Positions 18,723 to 27,209 of a stretch of 36,395 nucleotides of DNA are shown here, one piece after another; positions within the stretch are counted from its first letter, which is position 1; the number at the start of each line of letters is the position of its first letter. A model generated the notes under the pieces. It was given only the letters and a program-made list of their open reading frames with translations, searched no databases and was not told the DNA's origin. The position numbers were made by a program, and so were the translations under genes. Source of the DNA: Candidatus Nanosyncoccus sp. (GTDB taxonomy: Bacteria; Patescibacteriota; Saccharimonadia; Saccharimonadales; Saccharimonadaceae); contig JAZNGO010000104.1 of NCBI GenBank assembly GCA_045576515.1, positions 1-36,395 of the forward strand, in the 5' to 3' direction.

Positions 18723-19211
18723 CTATATCGATGCGGTACGGCAATATGTCCCGTTTTCCAATTGTGCGTAAATAGCAAAACTCTTTGCGCCACCACCGTC
18801 TTCTGGCGTACCATCGGCTGAGCATTTGCTCCCAGTACTGCTGTGCACGATATAAACTCTAACTACGCCGGTGCCTGTTATCGGATCTAAACTTAAGCCA
18901 CTTGCACTGTCCTTAAATAAAATAGAATACCCAAGCCCCTTTGGGTCCTCTCCGTTGTCAGTAGATGCGTTCTCCTTGCCAATCTGATAATTGTCGCCAG
19001 TTGGAAAAAGGCCATTTGCGCTACTTGCAGAAATCACCTGAGACTCTAGCATTGCGTAATCATCCCTACGCTGTGTGTCACGTTGGTTTCGTTGTAATGC
19101 TGGGAAGGCCACAAATACCATCAAGAATATTAGGCCTGCTATCGCCAGCACTAGCACCACTTCTATAATGGTAAACCCACTTTTGTTAATGTTTTTTGGT
19201 TGTTTAGACAT
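18723..19211 (-). CDS. Type IV pilin (pilin A, left of the switch)
   Basis: Class III signal G|FTIIE plus hydrophobic helix; C-terminal C...YC pair; SD AAAGGA. Confidence 0.92.
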   Translation of the reverse strand: MSKQPKNINKSGFTIIEVVLVLAIAGLIFLMVFVAFPALQRNQRDTQRRDDYAMLESQVISASSANGLFPTGDNYQIGKENASTDNGEDPKGLGYSILFKDSASGLSLDPITGTGVVRVYIVHSSTGSKCSADGTPEDGGGAKSFAIYAQLENGTYCRTASI

Positions 19212-19249
19212 ATTTTGTCCTTTCTTATTAGTTATTATTTTTTTTGGCT

Positions 19250-19277
19250 ATGTCGTACAACAAAGGTTGGGCGACAT
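19250..19277 (-). repeat. Left 28-bp recombination-like site (11-6-11)
   Basis: ATGTCGTACAA-CAAAGG-TTGGGCGACAT on +; arms are 9/11 self-complementary; 19257-19277 is the perfect inverse of 19424-19444. Confidence 0.85.
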
Positions 19278-19382
19278 TACAACAGATAAAAAGTTCAACT
19301 TTTGCACATATAAATATATATATTTATGAAAATTTGCGAAAATAAAAATTCATAATTTTTCTAAAATTAACCTAAAAAGCTA

Positions 19383-19410
19383 TTGCTTTTTGGAAAATAT
19401 TTGGTATTAT
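19383..19410 (+). promoter_or_regulatory. Promoter inside the putative invertible segment, pointing at pilin B
   Basis: TTGCTT-16 nt-TATTAT with TG extension and AT-rich upstream DNA. Confidence 0.65.
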
Positions 19411-19423
19411 GAGTGTAGAGATT

Positions 19424-19451
19424 ATGTCGCCCAACCTTTGTTGTGAGACGT
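19424..19451 (+). repeat. Right 28-bp recombination-like site (11-6-11)
   Basis: ATGTCGCCCAA-CCTTTG-TTGTGAGACGT; arms 8/11 self-complementary; same core as the left site in inverted orientation. Confidence 0.85.
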
Positions 19452-19483
19452 AAAGAATAATATAAACTAGAAAGGAGTCAAAC

Positions 19484-19942
19484 ATGACCAACAAAATATC
19501 AACCACTAAACAAGGCTTCACTATCATTGAAGTAGTGCTCGTGCTAGCCATCGCCGGGCTTATCTTCCTCATGGTATTCGTAGCTTTCCCAGCGCTTCAG
19601 CGTAATCAGCGCGATACTCAGCGCCGCCAAGACTACGCCGATCTAGGTGCGGCCGTAATTACCAGCTCAGCAAACAATAATTCTCATAGTCTCCCAGGTG
19701 ATGGCAATAGTACCATCCTAGCCAATGCTATCGGTAATGATCCCCAAACTGGGACTGCCTATACAGTAACAGTCCAGAGTGAAGCTCCGAGTGGCCTCCC
19801 CGATTTGGGCACTATAATAGTGTATAAAACAGGTACTTGTGGAGAAGACGGTGCCACTCCTTCCTCTGGAGGGAGCGCCAACAACTTTGTGATTTATGGG
19901 CGCCTAGAAAACGGTTCATATTGTAAGCAATTCAGTATCTAA
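19484..19942 (+). CDS. Type IV pilin (pilin B, probable expressed major pilin)
   Basis: G|FTIIE signal; strong SD AAAGGAG; C-terminal LENGSYC like pilin A. Confidence 0.92.
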   Translation: MTNKISTTKQGFTIIEVVLVLAIAGLIFLMVFVAFPALQRNQRDTQRRQDYADLGAAVITSSANNNSHSLPGDGNSTILANAIGNDPQTGTAYTVTVQSEAPSGLPDLGTIIVYKTGTCGEDGATPSSGGSANNFVIYGRLENGSYCKQFSI

Positions 19943-19948
19943 TTTGTG

Positions 19949-19973
19949 TATGGGGCTATTCTATAGCCCCATA
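19949..19973 (+). terminator. Hairpin between pilin B and pilin C (terminator or mRNA stabiliser)
   Basis: TATGGGGCTAT-tct-ATAGCCCCATA, 11-bp perfect stem. Confidence 0.65.
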
Positions 19974-19994
19974 ACTGTTTTATATAAGGAAAAA

Positions 19995-20576
19995 ATGAAT
20001 AGAGTATCTACCCAAAAAGGTTTCACCATCATCGAAGTAGTGCTAGTGCTGGCAATAGCAGGCCTAATATTCTTGATGGTGTTCGTAGCTTTCCCAGCAT
20101 TGCAACGCAACCAACGCGATGCTCGCCGTCGGCAAGACATGTCTCTAGTAGTATCTGCAGTGGAACAATATAGAATCAATCACGATAAGACAATATATGA
20201 TAGCGTTAAAAATACGACAGTGCAATGTTACCCGGCTAGCTCCAACGCTGCCGTCGAAAAAGCAGTTTTCAACCCATCAACTTATTCCGGCAGCAATAAG
20301 GCCTGCGAATTTATTGCAAATTATTTAAACTCCAATACTTCCACTGTGAACGAGTTTAAAGATCCAAATGGTCTTGCATATGGTGTAACTTTGGCCAAAA
20401 TCAAAAACTCAGGCAATTATAGTACTAGCTCTCTTACACCAGAAATGTTTTATATTTACAGAAAGGGTAAATGTTCTGGTGAAGGTGTCGCTGTGAGTGC
20501 CAATGCTAACGACTATGCAGTGCTCCTAAAACTAGATTCGGGTTCAAAAATTTGTCGGGACAATTCTTCAGATTAG
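19995..20576 (+). CDS. Type IV pilin (pilin C)
   Basis: G|FTIIE signal; SD AAGGA before ATG 19995. Confidence 0.9.
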   Translation: MNRVSTQKGFTIIEVVLVLAIAGLIFLMVFVAFPALQRNQRDARRRQDMSLVVSAVEQYRINHDKTIYDSVKNTTVQCYPASSNAAVEKAVFNPSTYSGSNKACEFIANYLNSNTSTVNEFKDPNGLAYGVTLAKIKNSGNYSTSSLTPEMFYIYRKGKCSGEGVAVSANANDYAVLLKLDSGSKICRDNSSD

Positions 20577-20597
20577 CGCCATTTTTTTTAGTACCTC

Positions 20598-20626
20598 ATA
20601 ATACCACCTTAATAAGGTGGTATTAT
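20598..20626. terminator. Probable bidirectional terminator between convergent pilins C and D
   Basis: ATAATACCACCTT-aat-AAGGTGGTATTAT, 13-bp stem. Confidence 0.7.
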
Positions 20627-20736
20627 ATTTTGTGTTGTACCCCCATTTAAACATTGTGCTATACATAAACTACAATGCCCATTCTGCACGCTATGCGGGT
20701 TTTGCTTTTTACTATCCCCCAAGCCTCCACTCTAGC

Positions 20737-21351
20737 CTAATTATCTATGCAGTAGCTGCCACCGCCTTCTAGCGGAACCACAATTGCCACATTTCTAGAA
20801 TTACTACTCTTGCTTAGCCAACCACTACCATTACAAACCGCCCCTACAAAAATATTGAAATCTGCCCACCTCCCATCGTATCCTTGACTTATCAGGGAAC
20901 CGCTATTTACATAAGCATTACCACAAACATCATTAGTGCAGTTCAGCACCAAAAAACGATACCTTTCTCCTTCCGGGCTATTATAACCCTCTCCAAGATA
21001 GTTTTTATAGAATACTCTCCAGGCTGTTCTTTTATCATTATCATAATCCCAACTCGTGTTAAAAGGAATTCCGCTACGGGCATATGCATAAGAACTTTCC
21101 GAATCGCCACTTTTAACGGAAGCAGCCCCTATGTCAAAAGTGTACGCTGGTAACTGCCCCCTATTATTCTCCTGGTACTTGGTAAGTGCCTGCATAAAAG
21201 TAGCTGCATCCTCCTTGCGCTTGGCATCACGGGTTTGGCGCTGCAGCGCTGGTAGCGCCACAAAAGCCATCACCAGTATCAGCCCAGCTATCGGCAGCAC
21301 TAGCGATGTTTCTATTATTGTAAATCCTTGTGTATTTTGTAACTTTTTCAT
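20737..21351 (-). CDS. Type IV pilin (pilin D)
   Basis: QG|FTIIETSLVL...ALPALQR signal; C-terminal YC; SD AAGGAG. Confidence 0.9.
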   Translation of the reverse strand: MKKLQNTQGFTIIETSLVLPIAGLILVMAFVALPALQRQTRDAKRKEDAATFMQALTKYQENNRGQLPAYTFDIGAASVKSGDSESSYAYARSGIPFNTSWDYDNDKRTAWRVFYKNYLGEGYNSPEGERYRFLVLNCTNDVCGNAYVNSGSLISQGYDGRWADFNIFVGAVCNGSGWLSKSSNSRNVAIVVPLEGGGSYCIDN

Positions 21352-21415
21352 AATACTCCTTATGTTTATTATAAATTATTTTCATAAAACTTCAACCCTA
21401 TGCTACAATTATCTT

Positions 21416-22231
21416 ATGCAAATAGCTTTATATATTTTATTATTTGTTATCGGTAGCTGCGTAGGCTCTTTTCTGTGTTGTCAGGCTCGGCGTTTGCACC
21501 TTCGTACCACGGCAGGGAAGCATAGCCGTAAGTCACTGGGTAGCCGCTCCGTGTGTGTGCATTGCCACTACCAGCTAGCTTGGTACGACAATATTCCACT
21601 ATTATCGTGGCTAGCTTTGCGTGGCAAATGTCGTAAATGCGGCCATAGCATCGGCATTGCCGAATTCCTCTCCGAGCTAGGCCTCGGCTTAGCCTATGCA
21701 TTGCTAGGCAATACTATCACTATAGCCACTGCCGGCCCACTAGCGTGGGGCAGCTTTATCGCTGTGCTAGCTCTCGCTACGGTACTAGGATTTTTGGCTA
21801 TCTACGATGGCCTCTACGGTGAGCTACCAGTACTCTACTTGACAATATCTATTATTTGTGCTACTATAGTATTAATCCTGCAATATTGGAGCAGCCTTTT
21901 AGTTGCTCCTTTTTCTATGGCTAGCCTCTTACCGCCTCTGGGCTCTGTGGCTATATTAGGCGGGCTATATTTTATCCTATATTTGGTATCTCATGGCAAA
22001 TGGGTAGGCGATGGCGATTGGCTCCTCGGTATAGCTATTGGCCTAGCGCTGGCTAGCCCATGGCTAGCACTTATTACGTTATTTTTGGCCAATACCTTGG
22101 CTTGTCTAGTATCACTTCCCGCCTTTGCCAAATCTCGCACTCGGCGCATTCATTTTGGCCCGTTTATGGTTGCGGCCGGCATCATAGTACTAGCTTTCGC
22201 CGCCCCACTCAGCAGCATCATCACGCTATAA
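21416..22231 (+). CDS. pilD: Prepilin peptidase (A24)
   Basis: GSFL, RSVCVHC...WYDNIPLLSW...GKCRKC, GDGD, FGPF. Start ATG 21416 lies 6 nt after TGcTACAAT. Confidence 0.92.
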   Translation: MQIALYILLFVIGSCVGSFLCCQARRLHLRTTAGKHSRKSLGSRSVCVHCHYQLAWYDNIPLLSWLALRGKCRKCGHSIGIAEFLSELGLGLAYALLGNTITIATAGPLAWGSFIAVLALATVLGFLAIYDGLYGELPVLYLTISIICATIVLILQYWSSLLVAPFSMASLLPPLGSVAILGGLYFILYLVSHGKWVGDGDWLLGIAIGLALASPWLALITLFLANTLACLVSLPAFAKSRTRRIHFGPFMVAAGIIVLAFAAPLSSIITL

Positions 22232-22246
22232 TCTCCACATTAGTAT

Positions 22247-22265
22247 AAAAAAGCCCGCACGGGCT
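22247..22265 (-). terminator. Intrinsic terminator after the duplicated tRNA-Ile 3' end
   Basis: AGCCC-gcac-GGGCT stem next to A6 (U-tract on the minus strand). Confidence 0.55.
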
Positions 22266-22283
22266 ATTGGTGGGGGTACTAGG
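22265..22283 (-). repeat. 19-bp direct repeat of the tRNA-Ile 3' end (att-like)
   Basis: TATTGGTGGGGGTACTAGG is identical to 22442-22460. Confidence 0.85.
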
Positions 22284-22444
22284 CACTTTCTTTGCTTCGC
22301 AAAGAAATAATGTTGGGCGTCGCTTCGGAAAAAGGAAAGTAAACTTTCCTTTTTGCTCAGCTCCTACAACATGCGAACCTACGGTTCTCGTCCTAATATC
22401 CATATAATAATAAAATAAATCCCTAAAGGGATTTCTTTTATTAT

Positions 22445-22521
22445 TGGTGGGGGTACTAGGACTCGAACCTAGGACACTGCGTGTATAAGACGCATGCTCT
22501 AACCAACTGAGCTATACCCCC
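22445..22521 (-). tRNA. tRNA-Ile (anticodon UAU)
   Basis: 77-nt cloverleaf GGGGGTA...TGCGT-CTTATAC-ACGCA...CTAGG-TTCGAGT-CCTAG-TACCCCC-A-CCA. Confidence 0.93.
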
Positions 22522-22599
22522 CCACATATATATTCTACCACATAATTCATTTTTTTACACCCCCTACCGCAGATTTTGTGTGGGTGGTATAATATAGCC

Positions 22600-23025
22600 A
22601 TGAGCATCAAAGACAGTGCCCGGCGAGTAAAGTTCCGGCTCAAACACGATTTTTTCACCATAGAAAACGTCGTGCTAGCGGTGGCCATAGCTATGTGCCT
22701 GGTATGGACGTACCAGTCTATTGCTGCTATGTCTAGAAACTGGGAACTATCAGAGAGGCTCACTACCGAACGCAAGGCGCTAGAGCTGCTAGAAGTAGAA
22801 GTCGCCACCGGGGAACTAGAAAACGAATATTACCGCACCACAGAATACCAAGAGCTGCTAGCGCGCAAATACCTAGACAAGCAGCTTCCTGGCGAGCATA
22901 TGGTTATCCTACCAGAAAATTCCGCCGCAGCCGTAGCCAAGCATCAGCAGAGCACAGCCCCCGCCGCCAAAAAAGATTATTCAAATTTTGAAAAATGGAT
23001 GATGTACCTTTTTCCCAGCTACTAA
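22600..23025 (+). CDS. FtsB/DivIC/FtsL-like septum formation initiator family protein
   Basis: TM helix, coiled coil, then EYQELLARKYL...PGE motif. Confidence 0.65.
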   Translation: MSIKDSARRVKFRLKHDFFTIENVVLAVAIAMCLVWTYQSIAAMSRNWELSERLTTERKALELLEVEVATGELENEYYRTTEYQELLARKYLDKQLPGEHMVILPENSAAAVAKHQQSTAPAAKKDYSNFEKWMMYLFPSY

Positions 23026-23064
23026 TTTTTGCACGCACAACACGCTTGTGCTATAATATATAGT

Positions 23065-23808
23065 ATGTTAAAAGTGCGCCGTGGGTTTACTCTTATAGAA
23101 ATATCATTATTTTTGGCTATTACCGCTGTAATTTTCGCCGGTATAGTAGCTGGCACGCAAACTTCCATCTATTGGCAGCGCTACAACGATTCCGTGCAAA
23201 GCTTTGCTGAGTTTTTGCGCGCTGAATATTCCCGCGTGGCCAATGTGCAAAATCCAGCATCAAACGGCGGCGCAAGTGAGCACATCATCTACGGTAGGCT
23301 TATCGATTTTAACTCATCAGATGGTACCATCAAGTCATATAGTGTTATAGGTAAAGACATAAGCGACGGGCTAAATAATGGCGCTATACTTAGTCAATTG
23401 GCTGAAGCGAGTGTTGGCTCTGGTGGATACTATAATGATGAGGGTGTTCTTGTCTCGGCGGGGCTTGATGAGTCTTTTACTCCCAAATGGGGCTCAAGAA
23501 TCCAAAAAAATGGTGATAACGGCAATGGTCCATTTCAAGGCGCTATCCTTATAGTCCGTCACCCAGAAACCGGGACCATTTATACATATATTGACAATAA
23601 TCCTTACGATCAAGACACTGCTAAATTATATGAAGCCATTAATCCCGCATCGAGCCCATTCAGTAATAGCAACTCTCTTGACCTCTGTGTTAATCCCGAT
23701 GGCGACACTAGCAGTGGCTCCCGCCGCAAAGTCACTATCACAGCAAACGCTCACAACGCCTCTGGCGTAGTAGTAGATGGAGAATGCGAATGGTCACCAG
23801 CATCATAA
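23065..23808 (+). CDS. Minor type IV pilin (FimT/FimU-like)
   Basis: RG|FTLIE signal; own promoter TTGCAC-17 nt-TATAAT at 23029-23057. Confidence 0.8.
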   Translation: MLKVRRGFTLIEISLFLAITAVIFAGIVAGTQTSIYWQRYNDSVQSFAEFLRAEYSRVANVQNPASNGGASEHIIYGRLIDFNSSDGTIKSYSVIGKDISDGLNNGAILSQLAEASVGSGGYYNDEGVLVSAGLDESFTPKWGSRIQKNGDNGNGPFQGAILIVRHPETGTIYTYIDNNPYDQDTAKLYEAINPASSPFSNSNSLDLCVNPDGDTSSGSRRKVTITANAHNASGVVVDGECEWSPAS

Positions 23809-23829
23809 TGTTTATGGTATAATAAAGCT

Positions 23830-24513
23830 ATGAAGAGTTTACGACGCACCACCGGATTTACCCTAGTAGAGCTATCGCTCTCACTGGCTTTTATTGGCAT
23901 ACTTTCTCTCACCACGGTACTTATTATTAATAATACCGTATTGGCTTATCGCCGTGGCCTTACGCTCAACCAAATCAACACCGTAGGCATGGAGCTAGTA
24001 GATGATATTCGTACCACCGTGCAAAACTCCCCAGCACAAAAATGCTCAGATGACCCCACCGATAGCGCCTGTCTTTATTTTATAAAAAAAGATGGGGAGC
24101 AGCCCTCATTTGGAGGCTTTTGTTCCGGACGGTATTCCTATGTTTGGCAATCAGGTTATAATGCATCCAGCCCCTTCCGCCTCCTCAAGATAGAAGATTA
24201 CGGCCGGCAAATTTGCGCCGACTACTCAAGCGGAAGCCTAGATATTAGTGGACTTTCCGGTGAAGAACTTATCCCCACAAATAGCGGGCTTGCGCTATAT
24301 AATCTTACCGTGTCTGCCCCCGCTTTGAGCAATGCCGACAATTCTGCATACTATTCCATATCCTTTATTCTTGGTACCACTAGTGGCGGGCCTAGCGTTC
24401 TCGCTACCGGCGATTATTGCAAGCCACCAGAAGATGCTAACAGCAGTTTCAACTACTGCGCTATCAATAAATTTAATTTCGCCGCACAGGCAGGAGGATA
24501 CAATGCTACATAA
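23830..24513 (+). CDS. Minor type IV pilin (PilW-like)
   Basis: TG|FTLVEL signal; Cys-rich C-terminus. Confidence 0.8.
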   Translation: MKSLRRTTGFTLVELSLSLAFIGILSLTTVLIINNTVLAYRRGLTLNQINTVGMELVDDIRTTVQNSPAQKCSDDPTDSACLYFIKKDGEQPSFGGFCSGRYSYVWQSGYNASSPFRLLKIEDYGRQICADYSSGSLDISGLSGEELIPTNSGLALYNLTVSAPALSNADNSAYYSISFILGTTSGGPSVLATGDYCKPPEDANSSFNYCAINKFNFAAQAGGYNAT

Positions 24514-25714
24514 TACAAAATTCAAACAAGGCGCCGCATCTTTTTACATAGTGGCTATCGCTACGCTTATACTAGTTATCATGGCTACTAGCTTTGCTGC
24601 TATTATCATGTCGGAGATAGCACGCACTTCCAATGATGACCTCGCTCAGTCTGCTTACGACTCCGCTCTCGCCGGAATAGAGGATGCCAAGTTGGCCTAT
24701 TATGAATACAGCAAGTGTGTTGCGGGACAAGCGAGCCCAGGTACAGATTGCGATAGTATAAAGGCCGCCTTTATAAGCGGGGACTGCAATTCCGTGGCGA
24801 CAATCCTAGGAAGACTTAGAGAAGGAGAAAGCGAGGTTAAAATTCGGGAATCCACCGATGGCACTAGCAGTATGGATCAAGCCTATACCTGTGTTAAGTT
24901 CAAGCAGCACACAACTTTTACTGGTACTCTAACGGGCAATGGCACTGCTAAATCCACCGAAGTTGTCAGAATCAGTACCCAAGAAGGCGAAAAGGTTGAT
25001 GATGTAGCATCCATACTAGTGCGCTGGGGTGAAAAGACCGAAGACGGTACCACCCTACCTCCCGTTCTTGAATTTGGTATTATTCAGGCTGATGACATAT
25101 TTGATTTAGATAGTTTTACCATGACACAAAGAAGCCCCGAAGACATGGATGTCACCAACCGTGGCACAATATTCCTAAAGCCCACCAGTGTCTCAGGCAA
25201 CTATTCTGTAGATATATCAATAGATGAAGAAGCACTTCTTAAGTCTAATGATAAAGTTGCCCACAATGACCCATACCCAGTCACTTGCGATACTGAAGCG
25301 GTCTCCGATGGTGCTGATAGCGAGTTCTTGTGCTCTGTCGATATTGAATTACCAAAGCCAGTTGGCAGGGTCCGCAGTAATAATAATTTCATTGTCGTTC
25401 TATCCACGCTATCTAGCAGTGAGGTACCTTTTGACTTCTCGCTTTGCAAAGAAGGGGGCTGCCAACTGGCGACTGCAGGAGGTACTGGGGGGTATACCGA
25501 CAACACTATCCATATGAATTTGGAGCTAGAGGTGGATTCTACTGGCCGGGCCAATGATTTATATCGTAGAGTATATACTATTTTTAAAACATCAGGAGAG
25601 TCTAGTGACTCCACGGCTACCATCGATGCACTTAGTGCTCAAAATATTAAGAAAATAGAATACTCCACCTGCGAAACAGTTTATGGCAGCGATGGCGCCG
25701 GATGCGAGGATTAA
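24503..25714 (+). CDS. Minor pilin, PilX-like
   Basis: QG|AASFY signal lacking Glu5; AYDSALAGIEDA PilX N-terminal motif; SD AGGAGG. Confidence 0.8.
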   Translation: MLHNTKFKQGAASFYIVAIATLILVIMATSFAAIIMSEIARTSNDDLAQSAYDSALAGIEDAKLAYYEYSKCVAGQASPGTDCDSIKAAFISGDCNSVATILGRLREGESEVKIRESTDGTSSMDQAYTCVKFKQHTTFTGTLTGNGTAKSTEVVRISTQEGEKVDDVASILVRWGEKTEDGTTLPPVLEFGIIQADDIFDLDSFTMTQRSPEDMDVTNRGTIFLKPTSVSGNYSVDISIDEEALLKSNDKVAHNDPYPVTCDTEAVSDGADSEFLCSVDIELPKPVGRVRSNNNFIVVLSTLSSSEVPFDFSLCKEGGCQLATAGGTGGYTDNTIHMNLELEVDSTGRANDLYRRVYTIFKTSGESSDSTATIDALSAQNIKKIEYSTCETVYGSDGAGCED

Positions 25715-25718
25715 CACG

Positions 25719-27209
25719 ATGTTTTGCCATAAGTACAATAAGTATACGAAAAACCGTGCTATAAAAAAAGGCGACACCCTTATAGAAGTAACCCTGGCTG
25801 TAGGGATATTCTCTATGGTAGCTGTAGCTGTACTGGCAGTTATGAACGGTAGCGCCTCTAGCGCTCAAACCGCTCTCGAAGCCACCCTTACCCGCGAGGA
25901 AATAGATGCCCAGGCCGATGCGCTAAGATTTATTCATTCCGCCTATGTTGCAGATAAAAACAATCAACAACTTGCAGAAGGCAAAGAACAGAAATTGGCA
26001 GATATTCATACTAATTTTGCACAATTATGGAGCGAAATCATAAGCCCAGAGCATACCGTTAGCAGTGCAAATTCCTACCCCCCCGCAACCTGCGACGAGA
26101 TATATAATGATAATGCTCTCGTTTCTCAGAAAGCTTTTGTTCTTAATACTCGCCTATTAGGGACAGTAAACAGCAGCGAATTTAACGTGAATAATATCTA
26201 TACTCCAGCTAAAGAGACAGACAACAAACTCGTTTCTGCTACCACCTATCCGCGCCTAGTCTATGATGATGATGACTCTCTTACGGCCAACTTTGCACAA
26301 AGTACCTTAAAGGCCGCCGAAGGCATCTATATTGTCCCTGTTCCAGAGCAAGTATCAGGGGGGGCAACCCCTAGCTACTACGACTTTTATATTCGCTCTT
26401 GCTGGTATGGTATTGGCGACCGCGACTCGGCCCCATCCACCATCTCCACCGTAATGCGCCTCTACAATCCCGACGCTATCAAACCCACCATAACTGAAAC
26501 TTGCGGAAGTGACGTAAATTACATTATGGTTGACACGAATATGCGTGTCAATGGTACACTCTACCAAAAAGGAGTCGATGGTATCAACATTGATTTCGAG
26601 CATACACCAAAAAATGGCGACCAAGAGATAACCACCGCAGACCACAATAAATGCCTTAATACATACTCTACTATGAGTCCCGGCCTTTATTCTAAAGGTC
26701 CTGATAAGGGTATATTATTCGACGCCAGCTTGCAAAATAGTGCCTCTAGTTGCAACCCGTTGCAGCGTCTTAAGGCTAAGACTGGAGAAGAAGGTAACGA
26801 ACCACCCAATTTTGCCCTCGATAATGCTAATAGCTATAAAGGAGGAGACTTCTGGTACCCAGTACATGTAGGTGACGAAATAGATATAGTTGTAAAATCC
26901 GGTACGCATCATTTATATTGGAATAGCAACGATGACTTGAATCCCAAGATTTGTATGCAAGATGGAGTTACATGTAATTTTTGTAAAGTGGAAAACCCCA
27001 GCGATTCATGCGGAGGAAACGCCATAAATTATAAATATGAGGGTATAGAAAATGTTATTAAGGATGAGAACCCACCAAATAGGGTTGAAATTCACTTCAC
27101 AGTCAACGGCTGCGCTATAAACGACACCGCCAAATTCTTTGATGGGGCCAATGAGGTTACCATAGATTCAACCTCTATCAATACTAACTGGACAGAAAAT
27201 TCTACTTAG
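25719..27209 (+). CDS. Minor pilin, PilV-like, with long Cys-containing C-terminal extension
   Basis: KG|DTLIEV signal; SD GAGGA before ATG 25719. Confidence 0.75.
   Translation: MFCHKYNKYTKNRAIKKGDTLIEVTLAVGIFSMVAVAVLAVMNGSASSAQTALEATLTREEIDAQADALRFIHSAYVADKNNQQLAEGKEQKLADIHTNFAQLWSEIISPEHTVSSANSYPPATCDEIYNDNALVSQKAFVLNTRLLGTVNSSEFNVNNIYTPAKETDNKLVSATTYPRLVYDDDDSLTANFAQSTLKAAEGIYIVPVPEQVSGGATPSYYDFYIRSCWYGIGDRDSAPSTISTVMRLYNPDAIKPTITETCGSDVNYIMVDTNMRVNGTLYQKGVDGINIDFEHTPKNGDQEITTADHNKCLNTYSTMSPGLYSKGPDKGILFDASLQNSASSCNPLQRLKAKTGEEGNEPPNFALDNANSYKGGDFWYPVHVGDEIDIVVKSGTHHLYWNSNDDLNPKICMQDGVTCNFCKVENPSDSCGGNAINYKYEGIENVIKDENPPNRVEIHFTVNGCAINDTAKFFDGANEVTIDSTSINTNWTENST

Noticed and set aside
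19075..19572. ORFs 19075-19329 (+) and 19372-19572 (-) sharing VxQQRLGDI
   Set aside because: They are antisense shadows of the pilin N-termini plus the inverted repeat, not genes.
21131..21415. 95-aa N-terminal extension of PilD in the ORF track
   Set aside because: It is antisense to pilin D; PilD homology and a promoter point to ATG 21416.
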